From NCBI GenBank assembly GCA_001563335.1, contig LRSL01000071.1, positions 1-16,622 on the forward strand: a stretch of DNA of 16,622 bases, read 5' to 3'. This DNA comes from Candidatus Thorarchaeota archaeon SMTZ1-45 (GTDB lineage: Archaea > Asgardarchaeota > Thorarchaeia > Thorarchaeales > Thorarchaeaceae). This document shows positions 1-9,098 of this stretch, piece after piece. Every line of letters starts with the position of its first letter. Within the stretch, counting starts at the first letter, position 1. The notes under the pieces were generated by a model. It worked only from the letters and a program-made list of their open reading frames with translations, did not search any database and was not told where the DNA came from. Position numbers and translations under genes: made by a program.

Positions 1-2
1 TG

Positions 3-125
3 TTTCACATTGAGGAACGAAGAGATCCGATTCCTGAAAATGTAGAAGTCTACAAGAAACAATACCCTATCTTTAACAAACTCATAAGCACTGAGATGGG
101 AAACATACTAGAATCAATATCATAG
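3..125 (+). CDS. 3' end of a gene truncated by the window edge; probable FGGY-family carbohydrate kinase C-terminus
   Basis: Frame open from base 3 to TAG at 123-125 reads FHIEERRDPIPENVEVYKKQYPIFNKLISTEMGNILESIS*. The P-x-P-E-N-x-x-x-Y-x-x-x-Y helix pattern resembles FGGY kinase C-termini. Only 40 aa are visible. Confidence 0.45.
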   Translation, partial: FHIEERRDPIPENVEVYKKQYPIFNKLISTEMGNILESIS

Positions 126-191
126 AAGAAAACCCAGACTCCTCGAAATCTTAATCAAAATTACCATGATACCTATCAAGGGGTATTTCGT

Positions 192-722
192 GTGGAAGAA
201 TTCAAAGAAGAGTCCTTAAGAGCTCGTTTTATTATTGTAATAGTGCCAAATCTGATTTTCTTTGTCACTTTGATTATCTCGATATTGCTGGTGCTGCAAC
301 TCTCACTTCCATGGTTTCTCTTTCTTGGAATGGAACTACTTCAACTCCCTCGGCTAATTGAGTTGATTGTAGGACAGGTCTTTGTGATACTCTGCGTAGG
401 TCTAGAAGCATGGGGTGTTACATCAATTAGTATGAATCGAGCACAAGGTAGCGATATTGGTGTCAAAGGATCATCATTAGTTACTACTGGTGCATACTCA
501 TATTGTCGACACCCAATTACTCTTGGCTTTGCTTTTGGGACTCCTGGATTTGGACTTGTTTTTGACTTTGTCCCTCTCCTAATTAATTCAGTTCTCTTCA
601 TACCAATCATGATTGCATTACTCATTTATGAAGAACGGGAGCTTCTCAATCGATTTGGAAACGAGTATATGGTATACAAGCAAAGAGTTCCGCTTCTTAT
701 TCCAAGAAAAAGGATATCTTAG
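192..722 (+). CDS. Isoprenylcysteine carboxyl methyltransferase / phospholipid methyltransferase (ICMT/PEMT, Ste14-like) family membrane protein
   Basis: Several hydrophobic segments, plus LVTTGAYSYCRHP and EERELLNRFGNEYMVYKQRVPLLIP, which match the LvtxGxYxxxRHP and EExxLxxxFGxxYxxYxxxVPxxIP family signatures. GTG start. Confidence 0.85.
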   Translation: MEEFKEESLRARFIIVIVPNLIFFVTLIISILLVLQLSLPWFLFLGMELLQLPRLIELIVGQVFVILCVGLEAWGVTSISMNRAQGSDIGVKGSSLVTTGAYSYCRHPITLGFAFGTPGFGLVFDFVPLLINSVLFIPIMIALLIYEERELLNRFGNEYMVYKQRVPLLIPRKRIS

Positions 723-726
723 AGCT

Positions 727-975
727 TCACTCATCATCTTGTTGGTTATCTTCCCATATCCGACCAAAGAATATGAGTGCCAGAACGAGTTCTGATCCTG
801 ATACATTGCGAGCAATATATTCAATCGATTCGCTGATTCTGTTCTCTTGATCCCATGCGTTTCTAGCGAGGTTAATGATATCTTCAATGCGGTGATCAGG
901 GATATCAAGTGCTTGGTGGAGTTGCTTCACATTGTGATCCTCAATAACAAGTGTACCGAGGTCATATGTGGGCAT
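727..975 (-). CDS. Small acidic hypothetical protein (82 aa, MPTYDLG...QQDDE)
   Basis: Part of the 727..1116 ORF. The ATG at 975-973 has a GGTGA Shine-Dalgarno-like motif upstream (minus strand gtggtgatcttaattATG). The longer 5' extension runs through the glpA upstream region and looks non-coding. Confidence 0.65.
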   Translation of the reverse strand: MPTYDLGTLVIEDHNVKQLHQALDIPDHRIEDIINLARNAWDQENRISESIEYIARNVSGSELVLALIFFGRIWEDNQQDDE

Positions 976-1088
976 AATTAAGATCACCACCCAAAATGAT
1001 GAAAATCTCCTTTTAATGTAATCTTGGCTATCTCCTATCTTTTGATATTCTAATCCAATCCGAAACCTTAGTATTGCACGTAGTTCAA

Positions 1089-1100
1089 CACCTATAGGTG
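1089..1100. promoter_or_regulatory. Perfect 12-bp palindrome CACCTATAGGTG, candidate operator in the divergent region upstream of glpA
   Basis: Palindrome read directly, ending 34 bp before the glpA ATG and lying downstream of a weak BRE/TATA-like CGAAACCTTAGTA (1061-1073). Function is inferred. Confidence 0.3.
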
Positions 1101-1134
1101 AACCTAGAATACTCACTCTTAGGAAAAGATATTC

Positions 1135-2781
1135 ATGAGCGAGTCTGAGTTTGATGTTGTAATAGTTGGTGGTGGAAGCACCGGTACAGCTGTAGCCCGT
1201 GATTGTGCATTGAGGGGTCTTAAGACTCTTTTACTTGAGCGTGATGATATTGCATCTGCTACTGTGGGTACTTGTGCGGGAATGATATCTTCTGGTCTCA
1301 AATATAGAGGCGAGCCAGATATAATGAAGATGTCCTCAACAGAGGTTGTACATCTAAATCGCATAGCACGTCACATAATAATGAAGAATCCCATTGTTGT
1401 TCCACTTCTCGATTTGAATGATGTCGCTAGTGATGGAGAGTACATAGAGGCCTATTCGGAACACGCTGAGGAACGAGATGTTCCAGAAATGATGTTTATC
1501 ACACCAGAGGCAACACGTGAGATTGAACCAATGATACATCCAAACATCATTGCTGGTGTTTACTACGAGGAATTCTTCATCGACCCTTTCCGTTTGTGCC
1601 TTCTTCAAGCTCTTGATGCAAGAAAGCATGGAGCAAAAATCAAAACTTATTGTGAAGTAATTGGTTTTAATATCGTAAGAAATGAGGTTCAGGAAGTTAT
1701 CTTCTATAACCGAATCACTGGAACAACAGAGAAAGTGAGTGCAAAGATAGTTGTAAATGCTGCTGGTCCATGGGCTCATAAGATTGCTAGAATTTGTGGT
1801 GCTGAGCTGGATCTTCGACTCAACAAAGGGGCTCATGTAATTCTTGACAGACGAGTAGTTAATGTTGGGATTACCTCAAGGGCAATCGATGGTCGTTGGA
1901 TCTATCTTTTTCCTCATGAAAATACGACATTACTTGGTACAACCGCATTAGATACATGGGAAGACCCTGATACATTGGTGGCATCCTTTGACGAGATTGA
2001 GTATCTTTTGAAAAGCATTGAGATTGTCATTCCCTCTATTCGTGAAGCACGAATAATTAGAACGATGGCTGGAGTACGCCCTCTCGTGCCTGATTGGAAA
2101 GTTCCTGAGGATAAGGTTACGCGAGGCTATCAAGTTGTTGATCATAATAATGGCTTGATTAGTTTCACAGGCGGAAAACTAGTGATGTGTAGGCATATGG
2201 CTGAAGCAGTCACTGACCTTGTATGCTCAAAATTGGGAATGCATGCGATATGTACAACACACAAGAACCCACTCCCTGGAAATGAAAGCGATGTTGACAT
2301 CGAATCATTATCTGTTGAATTCGGTGTCGCTATGCATGCATTGGAGCGGATGCGTGCTCGTCGTGGTACAGAGATATTAAAGATTCTTGAATTGACGAAA
2401 GACCATCCAGAATGGAAGACCACCATATGCACGTGCGAACCAATTATTGAAGCAGAGATGCGTTATGCAATTCGGGAGGAGTTTCCTCAAACTCTGAATG
2501 ATCTTCGCCGTAGACTGCGTTTAGGCACTGGACCATGCCAAGGAACATTTTGCACATACAAAGCTGCCTCTATACTCGCTGAGGAATTGGATCTAGAAGG
2601 TGATGACTTTCTGGTAGATATACTTGATTTCAGGGCAGAACGATGGAAAGGCATTCGACCGTCAATGAGAGGTGAACAGTTAGCACAGGAAGAATTAGCT
2701 CAAGGCATGTATTCATGTGTGGGAAATCTGGATCAATCTGATGTTGATTACGACCTAAAACCATGGGAGGAGGGAGGATAG
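1135..2781 (+). CDS. glpA: Anaerobic glycerol-3-phosphate dehydrogenase subunit A-like FAD oxidoreductase with C-terminal BFD-like [2Fe-2S] domain
   Basis: DVVIVGGGSTGTAVARDCALRGL FAD-binding start; VVNAAGPWA, KGAHV, LLGTT, AGVRPL and GGKL motifs; C-terminal ICTCE...RLRLGTGPCQGTFC. Followed by glpB- and glpC-like genes. Confidence 0.88.
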   Translation: MSESEFDVVIVGGGSTGTAVARDCALRGLKTLLLERDDIASATVGTCAGMISSGLKYRGEPDIMKMSSTEVVHLNRIARHIIMKNPIVVPLLDLNDVASDGEYIEAYSEHAEERDVPEMMFITPEATREIEPMIHPNIIAGVYYEEFFIDPFRLCLLQALDARKHGAKIKTYCEVIGFNIVRNEVQEVIFYNRITGTTEKVSAKIVVNAAGPWAHKIARICGAELDLRLNKGAHVILDRRVVNVGITSRAIDGRWIYLFPHENTTLLGTTALDTWEDPDTLVASFDEIEYLLKSIEIVIPSIREARIIRTMAGVRPLVPDWKVPEDKVTRGYQVVDHNNGLISFTGGKLVMCRHMAEAVTDLVCSKLGMHAICTTHKNPLPGNESDVDIESLSVEFGVAMHALERMRARRGTEILKILELTKDHPEWKTTICTCEPIIEAEMRYAIREEFPQTLNDLRRRLRLGTGPCQGTFCTYKAASILAEELDLEGDDFLVDILDFRAERWKGIRPSMRGEQLAQEELAQGMYSCVGNLDQSDVDYDLKPWEEGG

Positions 2782-4155
2782 ATGGATACTGAATGCGACC
2801 TTCTTGTCATTGGTGGAGGAATGGCTGGTCTTGTTGCTGGTAGTATCGCTTCAATGGAGGGTGTTTCTACTATTATCCTTCGCAAAGGACAAAGCGCTAC
2901 AGCATATTCATCTGGTGCTGTAGATATTATTGGGTATCTTCCAGGCACATCTGAACCATTCTCATCTCCTACCGAAGGACTCGCAGTTATTGCTGGAGTC
3001 TACCCACTTCATCCCTACAGTATTGTTGGATACAATGAAGATGTTGAAACAGAAAATATTGTCAGTGAAATCATTAGAAGAGCCCAAGATGCTATTACTT
3101 GGCTGAAGATAAATCTTGAAAATACTATTACTCCACTGATAGGAACCTTTGATTCGAATATCTATCCTATCACCGTTTTAGGAACGACAAAACCAACATG
3201 TCTGATTCAAAAGACAATGCATTCTGGAACACTTCAAGAGTGTGAAGATTCCACTCTTCTATTTGCTGGAATCAGAGGTTATGCTGACTTCAATCCATCA
3301 ATCGCAGCCAAGACCTATCTTGAAGACAGAATTGCTATTGGTAAACCGCCTCGTAAGGTTGGACGATGCGTTATACAAATCACTCCATTTGGAAAGCCGT
3401 TCAATCTGTCATCTATTGAGATAGCTAGACATTTGGACCATGAGAAATCCATTGAGGAAATTGCGAAGCAATTGAAAAAACAGGTGGACCAACTAGGGGC
3501 TAGTCATGTAGCAATTCCCCCTGTGCTTGGTCTTAGAAATGCTGTAGCAAATAAGAAGATACTAGAAGAATTGATTGAAGCTGATGTCTTTGAATTATTG
3601 GGTTTTCCACCATCTGTTCCTGGTCTACGGCTTCAAATTGCTCTGGAAGAAATCTACAGAAGGAGTGGTGGCAAGTTATTGGTTGGTCACGAAGCAATAA
3701 GCTATTCTAAGACCGGAAACAAATTGAATTATGTTACAGCTAGAGCTCCTCGTCGAGAGCTAAGAATTAATGCGAAAGCTTTCATCCTTGCCTCAGGGAA
3801 ATTCATTGGAGGTGGGTTGAGTGGCGACTTATCCGGTATGCATGAATCTGTTTTTGGACTGATGACTATCACTGGTGCATATCTCTTAGCCCGCGATATT
3901 ATACCTTCACGGATGACAAACCGTGTTGCAATAAGTCCAGAAGGACAACCTGTCTATTCATGTGGACTATCTGTAGATCCATTCTTTCGACCTGTGAGAG
4001 AGGATGGTGTGGAATGGGCTTCAAACCTCTTTGCTGCGGGGTCAATATTAGCTGGATATGATTATTCCACTGAGAAGAGTGGACTAGGTGTTGCTGCCAC
4101 AAGTGGCTATTCAGCAGCTAGGAGTGCAATTGACTTCATCAAGGAGGTGAATTGA
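2782..4155 (+). CDS. glpB: Anaerobic glycerol-3-phosphate dehydrogenase subunit B
   Basis: DLLVIGGGMAGL, GQSATAYSSGAVD, LGTTKPT, PPSVPGLRLQ, LASGKFIGGGL and NLFAAGSILAGYD...SGLGVA are GlpB-type motifs. GGAGG precedes an ATG that directly abuts the glpA stop. Confidence 0.88.
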   Translation: MDTECDLLVIGGGMAGLVAGSIASMEGVSTIILRKGQSATAYSSGAVDIIGYLPGTSEPFSSPTEGLAVIAGVYPLHPYSIVGYNEDVETENIVSEIIRRAQDAITWLKINLENTITPLIGTFDSNIYPITVLGTTKPTCLIQKTMHSGTLQECEDSTLLFAGIRGYADFNPSIAAKTYLEDRIAIGKPPRKVGRCVIQITPFGKPFNLSSIEIARHLDHEKSIEEIAKQLKKQVDQLGASHVAIPPVLGLRNAVANKKILEELIEADVFELLGFPPSVPGLRLQIALEEIYRRSGGKLLVGHEAISYSKTGNKLNYVTARAPRRELRINAKAFILASGKFIGGGLSGDLSGMHESVFGLMTITGAYLLARDIIPSRMTNRVAISPEGQPVYSCGLSVDPFFRPVREDGVEWASNLFAAGSILAGYDYSTEKSGLGVAATSGYSAARSAIDFIKEVN

Positions 4156-4156
4156 G

Positions 4157-5395
4157 GTGAATGAAGATGAAGCCTATGATTATGTAAAGAGTACGCTTAA
4201 GAAAGAACGAATTACTCCTTATCGTCAAGAAGAGCTTGAGTATGTTAAATCTGTAGAGAACTGCATAAATTGCGGGCTCTGTATAAACCATTGTCCAGTT
4301 GTAGCTGCAGTTGGAGTAAACCGTTTCAGTGGTCCTCGAAGTATCGCTGTTGAATTGAGTCGGTCACCTCCCGAATTCTGGTCCACTGCAGACATTGTAT
4401 ACTTGTGCACCGGATGTGGGACATGTCGTGAAGTTTGCCCTAAAAACGTCAATATTCCTGAAGTGGTCAATATCATACGCTCAAGAATATTCGACCACCG
4501 ACCTGATTTAGTTCCCAAAGGACTCTTTATGGTTCGTGAAATCCTTACTAAACATGATTTGGCATTCGAACCCTGGGAGGACAAGGATGAAAAAACAGAA
4601 AGCAGAAACATGCGACTTGAACGACTCAGGATCCCTTTTGTACCTGACAAATTTCTTGAAAATGCTGAGATAATATTCTATCCTGGTTGTCAAGCAGAGG
4701 AACGCGCTCAGGAGGTTCGTGAAGCGGCAAAGATAATCTTGGACTATTTCGATATTGAGTATACCCTGCTAGAGGACATGTCTTGTTGTGGACTTCCTGC
4801 TCGATTGATTGGTGATGAAGAAACTGCAAGATCATTAGGAATGCAGCTCAAAGAGAAGGTAACGAAGCTTGGAGCAAAAAAGGTGGTTACTACATGCGCT
4901 GGATGCACATCAAACCTGTCCGAAATTTCATACAACTATGATTGGGGCGTCGAAACTGTCCATATTTTAGAATTCATAGCCGAGGACATAGGGTTAGAAC
5001 GATTGAAAGAAGCAACTCACAGAAGTAATGAATTAGCTGACGTGCATGTCACTGTTCATGATCCCTGCCATCTAATTAAACACACATCACGACAGATAAT
5101 GGAACATGCACTAAACATACTACGTCTGCTGGATGGAGTAAGAGTTACAGAGTCTGAAGCTTATGATTCATGTTGTGGTGGAGGAGGATTAGTTTCCTAC
5201 CATGCTAATGATGTGGCTACTGCAGTTGTCAAAGAGAACCTAGAAGCAATCGAGAAAACAGGTGCGGACAGACTGGTGACTCCTTGTCCCTTGTGTACTG
5301 CACAGCTCGAAACTAATCTCTACAAAATAGGCAGTTCCGTTGAAGTTGATGATTTGACTGTGTTCATTGCTCAACGACTTCCTATGAAGAGGTGA
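4157..5395 (+). CDS. glpC: GlpC-like Fe-S subunit (two 4Fe-4S motifs plus two CCG domains; GlpC/HdrD/GlcF family)
   Basis: CINCGLCINHCP and CTGCGTCREVCP; CCG domains YPGC/SCCG/TTCAGC and HDPCH/SCCGGGG/TPCPLC. GTG start with GGAGGTGA at 4143-4150. Position follows glpAB. Confidence 0.78.
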   Translation: MNEDEAYDYVKSTLKKERITPYRQEELEYVKSVENCINCGLCINHCPVVAAVGVNRFSGPRSIAVELSRSPPEFWSTADIVYLCTGCGTCREVCPKNVNIPEVVNIIRSRIFDHRPDLVPKGLFMVREILTKHDLAFEPWEDKDEKTESRNMRLERLRIPFVPDKFLENAEIIFYPGCQAEERAQEVREAAKIILDYFDIEYTLLEDMSCCGLPARLIGDEETARSLGMQLKEKVTKLGAKKVVTTCAGCTSNLSEISYNYDWGVETVHILEFIAEDIGLERLKEATHRSNELADVHVTVHDPCHLIKHTSRQIMEHALNILRLLDGVRVTESEAYDSCCGGGGLVSYHANDVATAVVKENLEAIEKTGADRLVTPCPLCTAQLETNLYKIGSSVEVDDLTVFIAQRLPMKR

Positions 5396-5402
5396 ATCAT
5401 AT

Positions 5403-6830
5403 TTGCTTGATAATAAAACAAGAATGAAGTTATTCAAGCGAATAACAAAGATTCTGAGCAACGAACATGTCACCATGCATGAAACTGACCAGATACTAAA
5501 TGCACATGATGCATGGCCTCTGAGCGAAGCGAAAATTCGATCTGGAGAAGTTCTCCCCCTTGCTGACCTAATCGTATTTCCTGAATCCGTTGATGAAGTT
5601 TCAAAAATTCTTGTTATTGCTAATGAGCTGAAACTTCCAATTGTTCCTGTTGGAGGTGGCGCAGGGACATGTGGCGGCACGTTACCTATCTATGGCGGAA
5701 TTCAACTAGACTTGAAACGTATGAACAAAATCATAGAAATCGATCATAAGTCTATGTTAGTACGAGTTCAAGCAGGAGTCATTGGAATTGACCTTGAGGA
5801 AGAGGTAAACCGTTTAGGTTATACAACTGGTCATACACCAACTTCACTTCGTGCTTCAAACATTGGAGGATTTATTGCAACAAGATCAGGTGGCTCAATG
5901 TCCTCTCTATATGGGAAGATTGAGGATTTAACATTAGGCCTTCAGGTTGTGCTACCTAATGGTTCTATTATTGAAACAAAGGCTATTCCACGACATTCCG
6001 TTGGTCCTGACCTTCGTCAATTATTCATTGGCTCAGAGGGAACCCTAGGAATCATCACAGAAGCAACCATGAAGCTTTTTCCATTACCTGAAGATAGAAG
6101 GTTCAGGAGCGTTAGCTTTCCTGATGTACATAGTGGACTTGAGGCAATTCGCAAAATCTTTCGAGTAGGTATTCTTCCATCTGTTGTGCGCCTCTATGAC
6201 CCTGAAGATGCTGCATTCAGCTTCTCTATGCACTTTGAGTTTGAAGAGGGACACTGTATGCTTCTTCTTGCTTTTGATGGAGCTAGTAAGAAAATAGACA
6301 TCGATGAAAAGCAGGCTGTTCGAATTTGTCTAGAGGAGGGAGGAACAGATCATGGAGAAGGACCATCCAAACGATGGTGGGAACATCGATATGACATGTA
6401 CTATCCAACTCGTTTAACTACTGCTGGATTTGCAATAGGTGATACTATCGATATCGTAGCCACATATGATAAACTAGAGAGTGTCTATTATGCGATGAAG
6501 GATGCCATGGAAGCAGAAGATGCGGTAGTCATGTCTCATTTCTCACATATGTATCAGAATGGCGGTAGTATCTACATGATCTTCTTTACTTCACAACCCG
6601 ATGCAGAAACTGCTTGGGCTACTTACAAGAAAATCTGGGATGCTGGCGTATATGCATGTCATCGTGAAGGAGGTACAATGAGTCATCAACATGGAGTTGG
6701 ACTCTCCCGTAGTACTTATACCGAAGATGAATTGGGATCAAGTTTTGGTGTATTGAAGAAAATCAAAGAGGTTCTGGACCCCAATTGTATAATGAATCCA
6801 GGAAAACTTGGGTTGGGGGTGCGTAAATGA
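5403..6830 (+). CDS. FAD-binding oxidoreductase (VAO/PCMH fold), alkyl-dihydroxyacetone-phosphate synthase (AGPS)-like
   Basis: GHTPTS...IGGFIATRSGG...YGKIEDL, PRHSVGPDLRQLFIGSEGTLGIITEA, VVRLYD, GGSIY, SHQHGVG and LDPNCIMNPGKL. TTG start with GAGGTGA upstream. Confidence 0.8.
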   Translation: MLDNKTRMKLFKRITKILSNEHVTMHETDQILNAHDAWPLSEAKIRSGEVLPLADLIVFPESVDEVSKILVIANELKLPIVPVGGGAGTCGGTLPIYGGIQLDLKRMNKIIEIDHKSMLVRVQAGVIGIDLEEEVNRLGYTTGHTPTSLRASNIGGFIATRSGGSMSSLYGKIEDLTLGLQVVLPNGSIIETKAIPRHSVGPDLRQLFIGSEGTLGIITEATMKLFPLPEDRRFRSVSFPDVHSGLEAIRKIFRVGILPSVVRLYDPEDAAFSFSMHFEFEEGHCMLLLAFDGASKKIDIDEKQAVRICLEEGGTDHGEGPSKRWWEHRYDMYYPTRLTTAGFAIGDTIDIVATYDKLESVYYAMKDAMEAEDAVVMSHFSHMYQNGGSIYMIFFTSQPDAETAWATYKKIWDAGVYACHREGGTMSHQHGVGLSRSTYTEDELGSSFGVLKKIKEVLDPNCIMNPGKLGLGVRK

Positions 6831-7951
6831 TAGAACAAGACAAAATAGCTGAGCAAGTACGAATGTGCGCAGCTTGTCCAAAGATGTGTCGACATGTATG
6901 CCCAACATTCTTCGCATGGAGATCAGATGCTCCAACACCTCATGGTCGTGCTCTATTGCTTCACCAAGAAATTGTCGGAACTCGTAAAATAGATGAACGT
7001 GGAGTGGAGGTTTTATACCAATGTCTTGAGTGTAGTCATTGCCTTACTTGGTGCAAACCTGAGATTGACATAGCTACATTTGTTGAACTTAAACGACAAG
7101 AACTAGTAAAATCGGGGCAACAGCCTAAGGGTATATCGCAGCTGACAAGTCTGGTATCTGCAATGCACAATCCCTTTGACGAAGACCACTCTAAACGAAA
7201 TATGTGGATTAAAATTAGTAAATCGAAGGGACCTAAGGTCTTGTATTTCACCGGATGCACAGCAGCTTATAGAGAGAAAGATAGTGCTCAAGATACTGTA
7301 TACCTTCTTGAGCTTCTTGGATATTCTGTAGAAGTCACGCCTGATGAATGGTGTTGTGGCAGTCCACTTATCAGAACAGGAGATATTGAAACAGGGCTTA
7401 AACAAGCAGCTCATAATGTTGAGGTTCTGAACCGTGTCGATGCAGAAGAGATTTTGGTCACTTGCCCTGGATGCTATCGTGTCCTTACGACTGATTACAC
7501 TGAGAATGGATATGTACTCAATAAACCGGTCCTACACATAAGTGAATTCTTGGCTAAATCCTTGGATAAACTTCCAGTAGGAAAATGCGATAGGCTCGTT
7601 TCATTTCACGATCCATGTCATCTTGGTCGTCACTCTGGCATTTATCAAGCACCTAGAGATGTGATTACGCAAGTATGTGGCGTTGCTCCGGTCGAAATGG
7701 ATCGGAACAAAGAGAACGCAATGTGCTGTGGAAATGGAGCAGGACTTCGGACCTTATTTCCAGAGTATGCAAAGAAGATAGGCGCTGAACGAATACGTCA
7801 AGCAAAGAATGTTGACGCGAAATATCTTGTAACATCCTGCCCATTTTGCAAGGAAATGTTAGACGCACAATCAGATGAATTACTCACAGTTCTTGATTTA
7901 CCAGAATTTGTAATGCAGTTTGGCAAGGGCCGCGATGTGAAAACAGATTAG
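6827..7951 (+). CDS. Second CCG-domain Fe-S oxidoreductase subunit (GlcF/GlpC/HdrD-like)
   Basis: CAACPKMCRHVCP, CLECSHCLTWC, YFTGC, WCCG, VTCPGC, FHDPCHLGR, MCCGNGAG and TSCPFC. ATGA overlap with the AGPS-like gene. Confidence 0.85.
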   Translation: MIEQDKIAEQVRMCAACPKMCRHVCPTFFAWRSDAPTPHGRALLLHQEIVGTRKIDERGVEVLYQCLECSHCLTWCKPEIDIATFVELKRQELVKSGQQPKGISQLTSLVSAMHNPFDEDHSKRNMWIKISKSKGPKVLYFTGCTAAYREKDSAQDTVYLLELLGYSVEVTPDEWCCGSPLIRTGDIETGLKQAAHNVEVLNRVDAEEILVTCPGCYRVLTTDYTENGYVLNKPVLHISEFLAKSLDKLPVGKCDRLVSFHDPCHLGRHSGIYQAPRDVITQVCGVAPVEMDRNKENAMCCGNGAGLRTLFPEYAKKIGAERIRQAKNVDAKYLVTSCPFCKEMLDAQSDELLTVLDLPEFVMQFGKGRDVKTD

Positions 7952-7970
7952 GAAATGAAATCAGGTTTCT

Positions 7971-9098
7971 GTGACAAAGATGGACGCTGAAGAAGTACTT
8001 CGACTCAAGGTACGTTTGTTAACAGAAGGTGCTAGTCTTCCTGAAGGTCATTATAAAGGTCGAAAGGGCGGTGCAGGACCAGTTGGTGGAAGGTATTTCA
8101 TTCTTCCAAACAATCGGCCTTGTGGAATCCCAATAAGGCAGGGTGAAATGGCAAAGAAGTACAAATCTGCATCACTTGAACCAACGGATGATCCAAGAAT
8201 TTGGATTTATGATAATGAAATTGAACTAAAAAGTGTTCCACGACCTAGGTTCTATAACCGAAAAACCGAGGATGAAGTTCCATACTATAAGATTGCATTA
8301 CTGCATGGTTCTAAAACCCTAGCCACTACAGTATATCAAGCATGTAGATATTGGAAAAATGGGGCTCAGTGCAAGTTCTGCACAATCCCCACATCACACC
8401 TGTCAGATGATACCATTCTAGAAAAAGCTCCTGAACAAATTGTTGAGGTACTACTTGCAGCAATAGATGAGGGTGTTGTTGCTGATGTTCTATTAACAAC
8501 GGGAACTCCTGACACTCATGATGTTGGTCTAAAGCGTCTGATGAGTATACTTGAAGCCATTAGGGAAGTTAGTAGCATTCCAATTGGTATTCAGTTTGAA
8601 CCTCTTGTGGATAATAATATGATTCGAGACGTGTGGAATGCGGGTGCGAACGCAGTTGGAATTCATATTGAAAGTGCGGATGAAACCATTAGAGAAGAAA
8701 TGTGCCCTGGCAAGTTCCAATATGGTTCTCTAGAGATGTACCATAGAAGTTGGCAATCAGCGCTTCAGTACTTTGGGAGAGGCAATGTCAGCACATTTTT
8801 ACTACATGGACTTGGAGAGGATACTGGTCGAACACTATCACTTGCGCAAGAACTTGCTGAGGTGGGTGTACTCCCTGTTATTACTCCGGTTCGTCCATCA
8901 CATGGAAGTCAATTAGCGAACTATATTCCTACATATGTTGACAATTTGGAAAACTCCATTGACCTTTACAAGAAACTTGGAATCATTCTATACATGAACA
9001 GATTGAACCCTGAAAACACAGCTGCTGGCTGTCACAAATGTGGTGGTTGCACACCGGACCAAGAAGCATATGACTGGGCAGCTGAAAATCAGAGTTGA
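7971..9098 (+). CDS. Radical SAM protein, MSMEG_0568/Sll0785-like family (start may be the ATG at 7980)
   Basis: RKGGAGP N-terminal motif, IALLHG..TLATTVYQAC, non-canonical CX8CX2C (8343-8381), LLTTGT, VGIHIES and C-terminal AGCHKCGGC. Confidence 0.8.
   Translation: MTKMDAEEVLRLKVRLLTEGASLPEGHYKGRKGGAGPVGGRYFILPNNRPCGIPIRQGEMAKKYKSASLEPTDDPRIWIYDNEIELKSVPRPRFYNRKTEDEVPYYKIALLHGSKTLATTVYQACRYWKNGAQCKFCTIPTSHLSDDTILEKAPEQIVEVLLAAIDEGVVADVLLTTGTPDTHDVGLKRLMSILEAIREVSSIPIGIQFEPLVDNNMIRDVWNAGANAVGIHIESADETIREEMCPGKFQYGSLEMYHRSWQSALQYFGRGNVSTFLLHGLGEDTGRTLSLAQELAEVGVLPVITPVRPSHGSQLANYIPTYVDNLENSIDLYKKLGIILYMNRLNPENTAAGCHKCGGCTPDQEAYDWAAENQS

Noticed and set aside
162-186. Short inverted repeat TGATA-CC-TATCA (167-178) upstream of the methyltransferase
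   Set aside because: The 5-bp arms are expected by chance in AT-rich DNA and do not match the 1089-1100 palindrome.
976-1116. 5' extension of the 727..1116 minus-strand ORF
   Set aside because: It covers the glpA upstream region. The ATG at 975 has a clear SD.
2770-2790. glpA TAG is directly followed in frame by the glpB ATG, suggesting amber/pyrrolysine readthrough to a GlpA-GlpB fusion
   Set aside because: GGAGG sits just upstream of the ATG, both proteins are of complete length, and abutting genes are normal in this operon. There is no positive evidence for recoding.
4153-9098. TGA stops of the redox genes as possible selenocysteine codons
   Set aside because: Each TGA falls at the expected protein end, not at a Cys-motif position. 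Where checked, readthrough meets another stop within a few codons (e.g. TGA TAG at 6828-6833).
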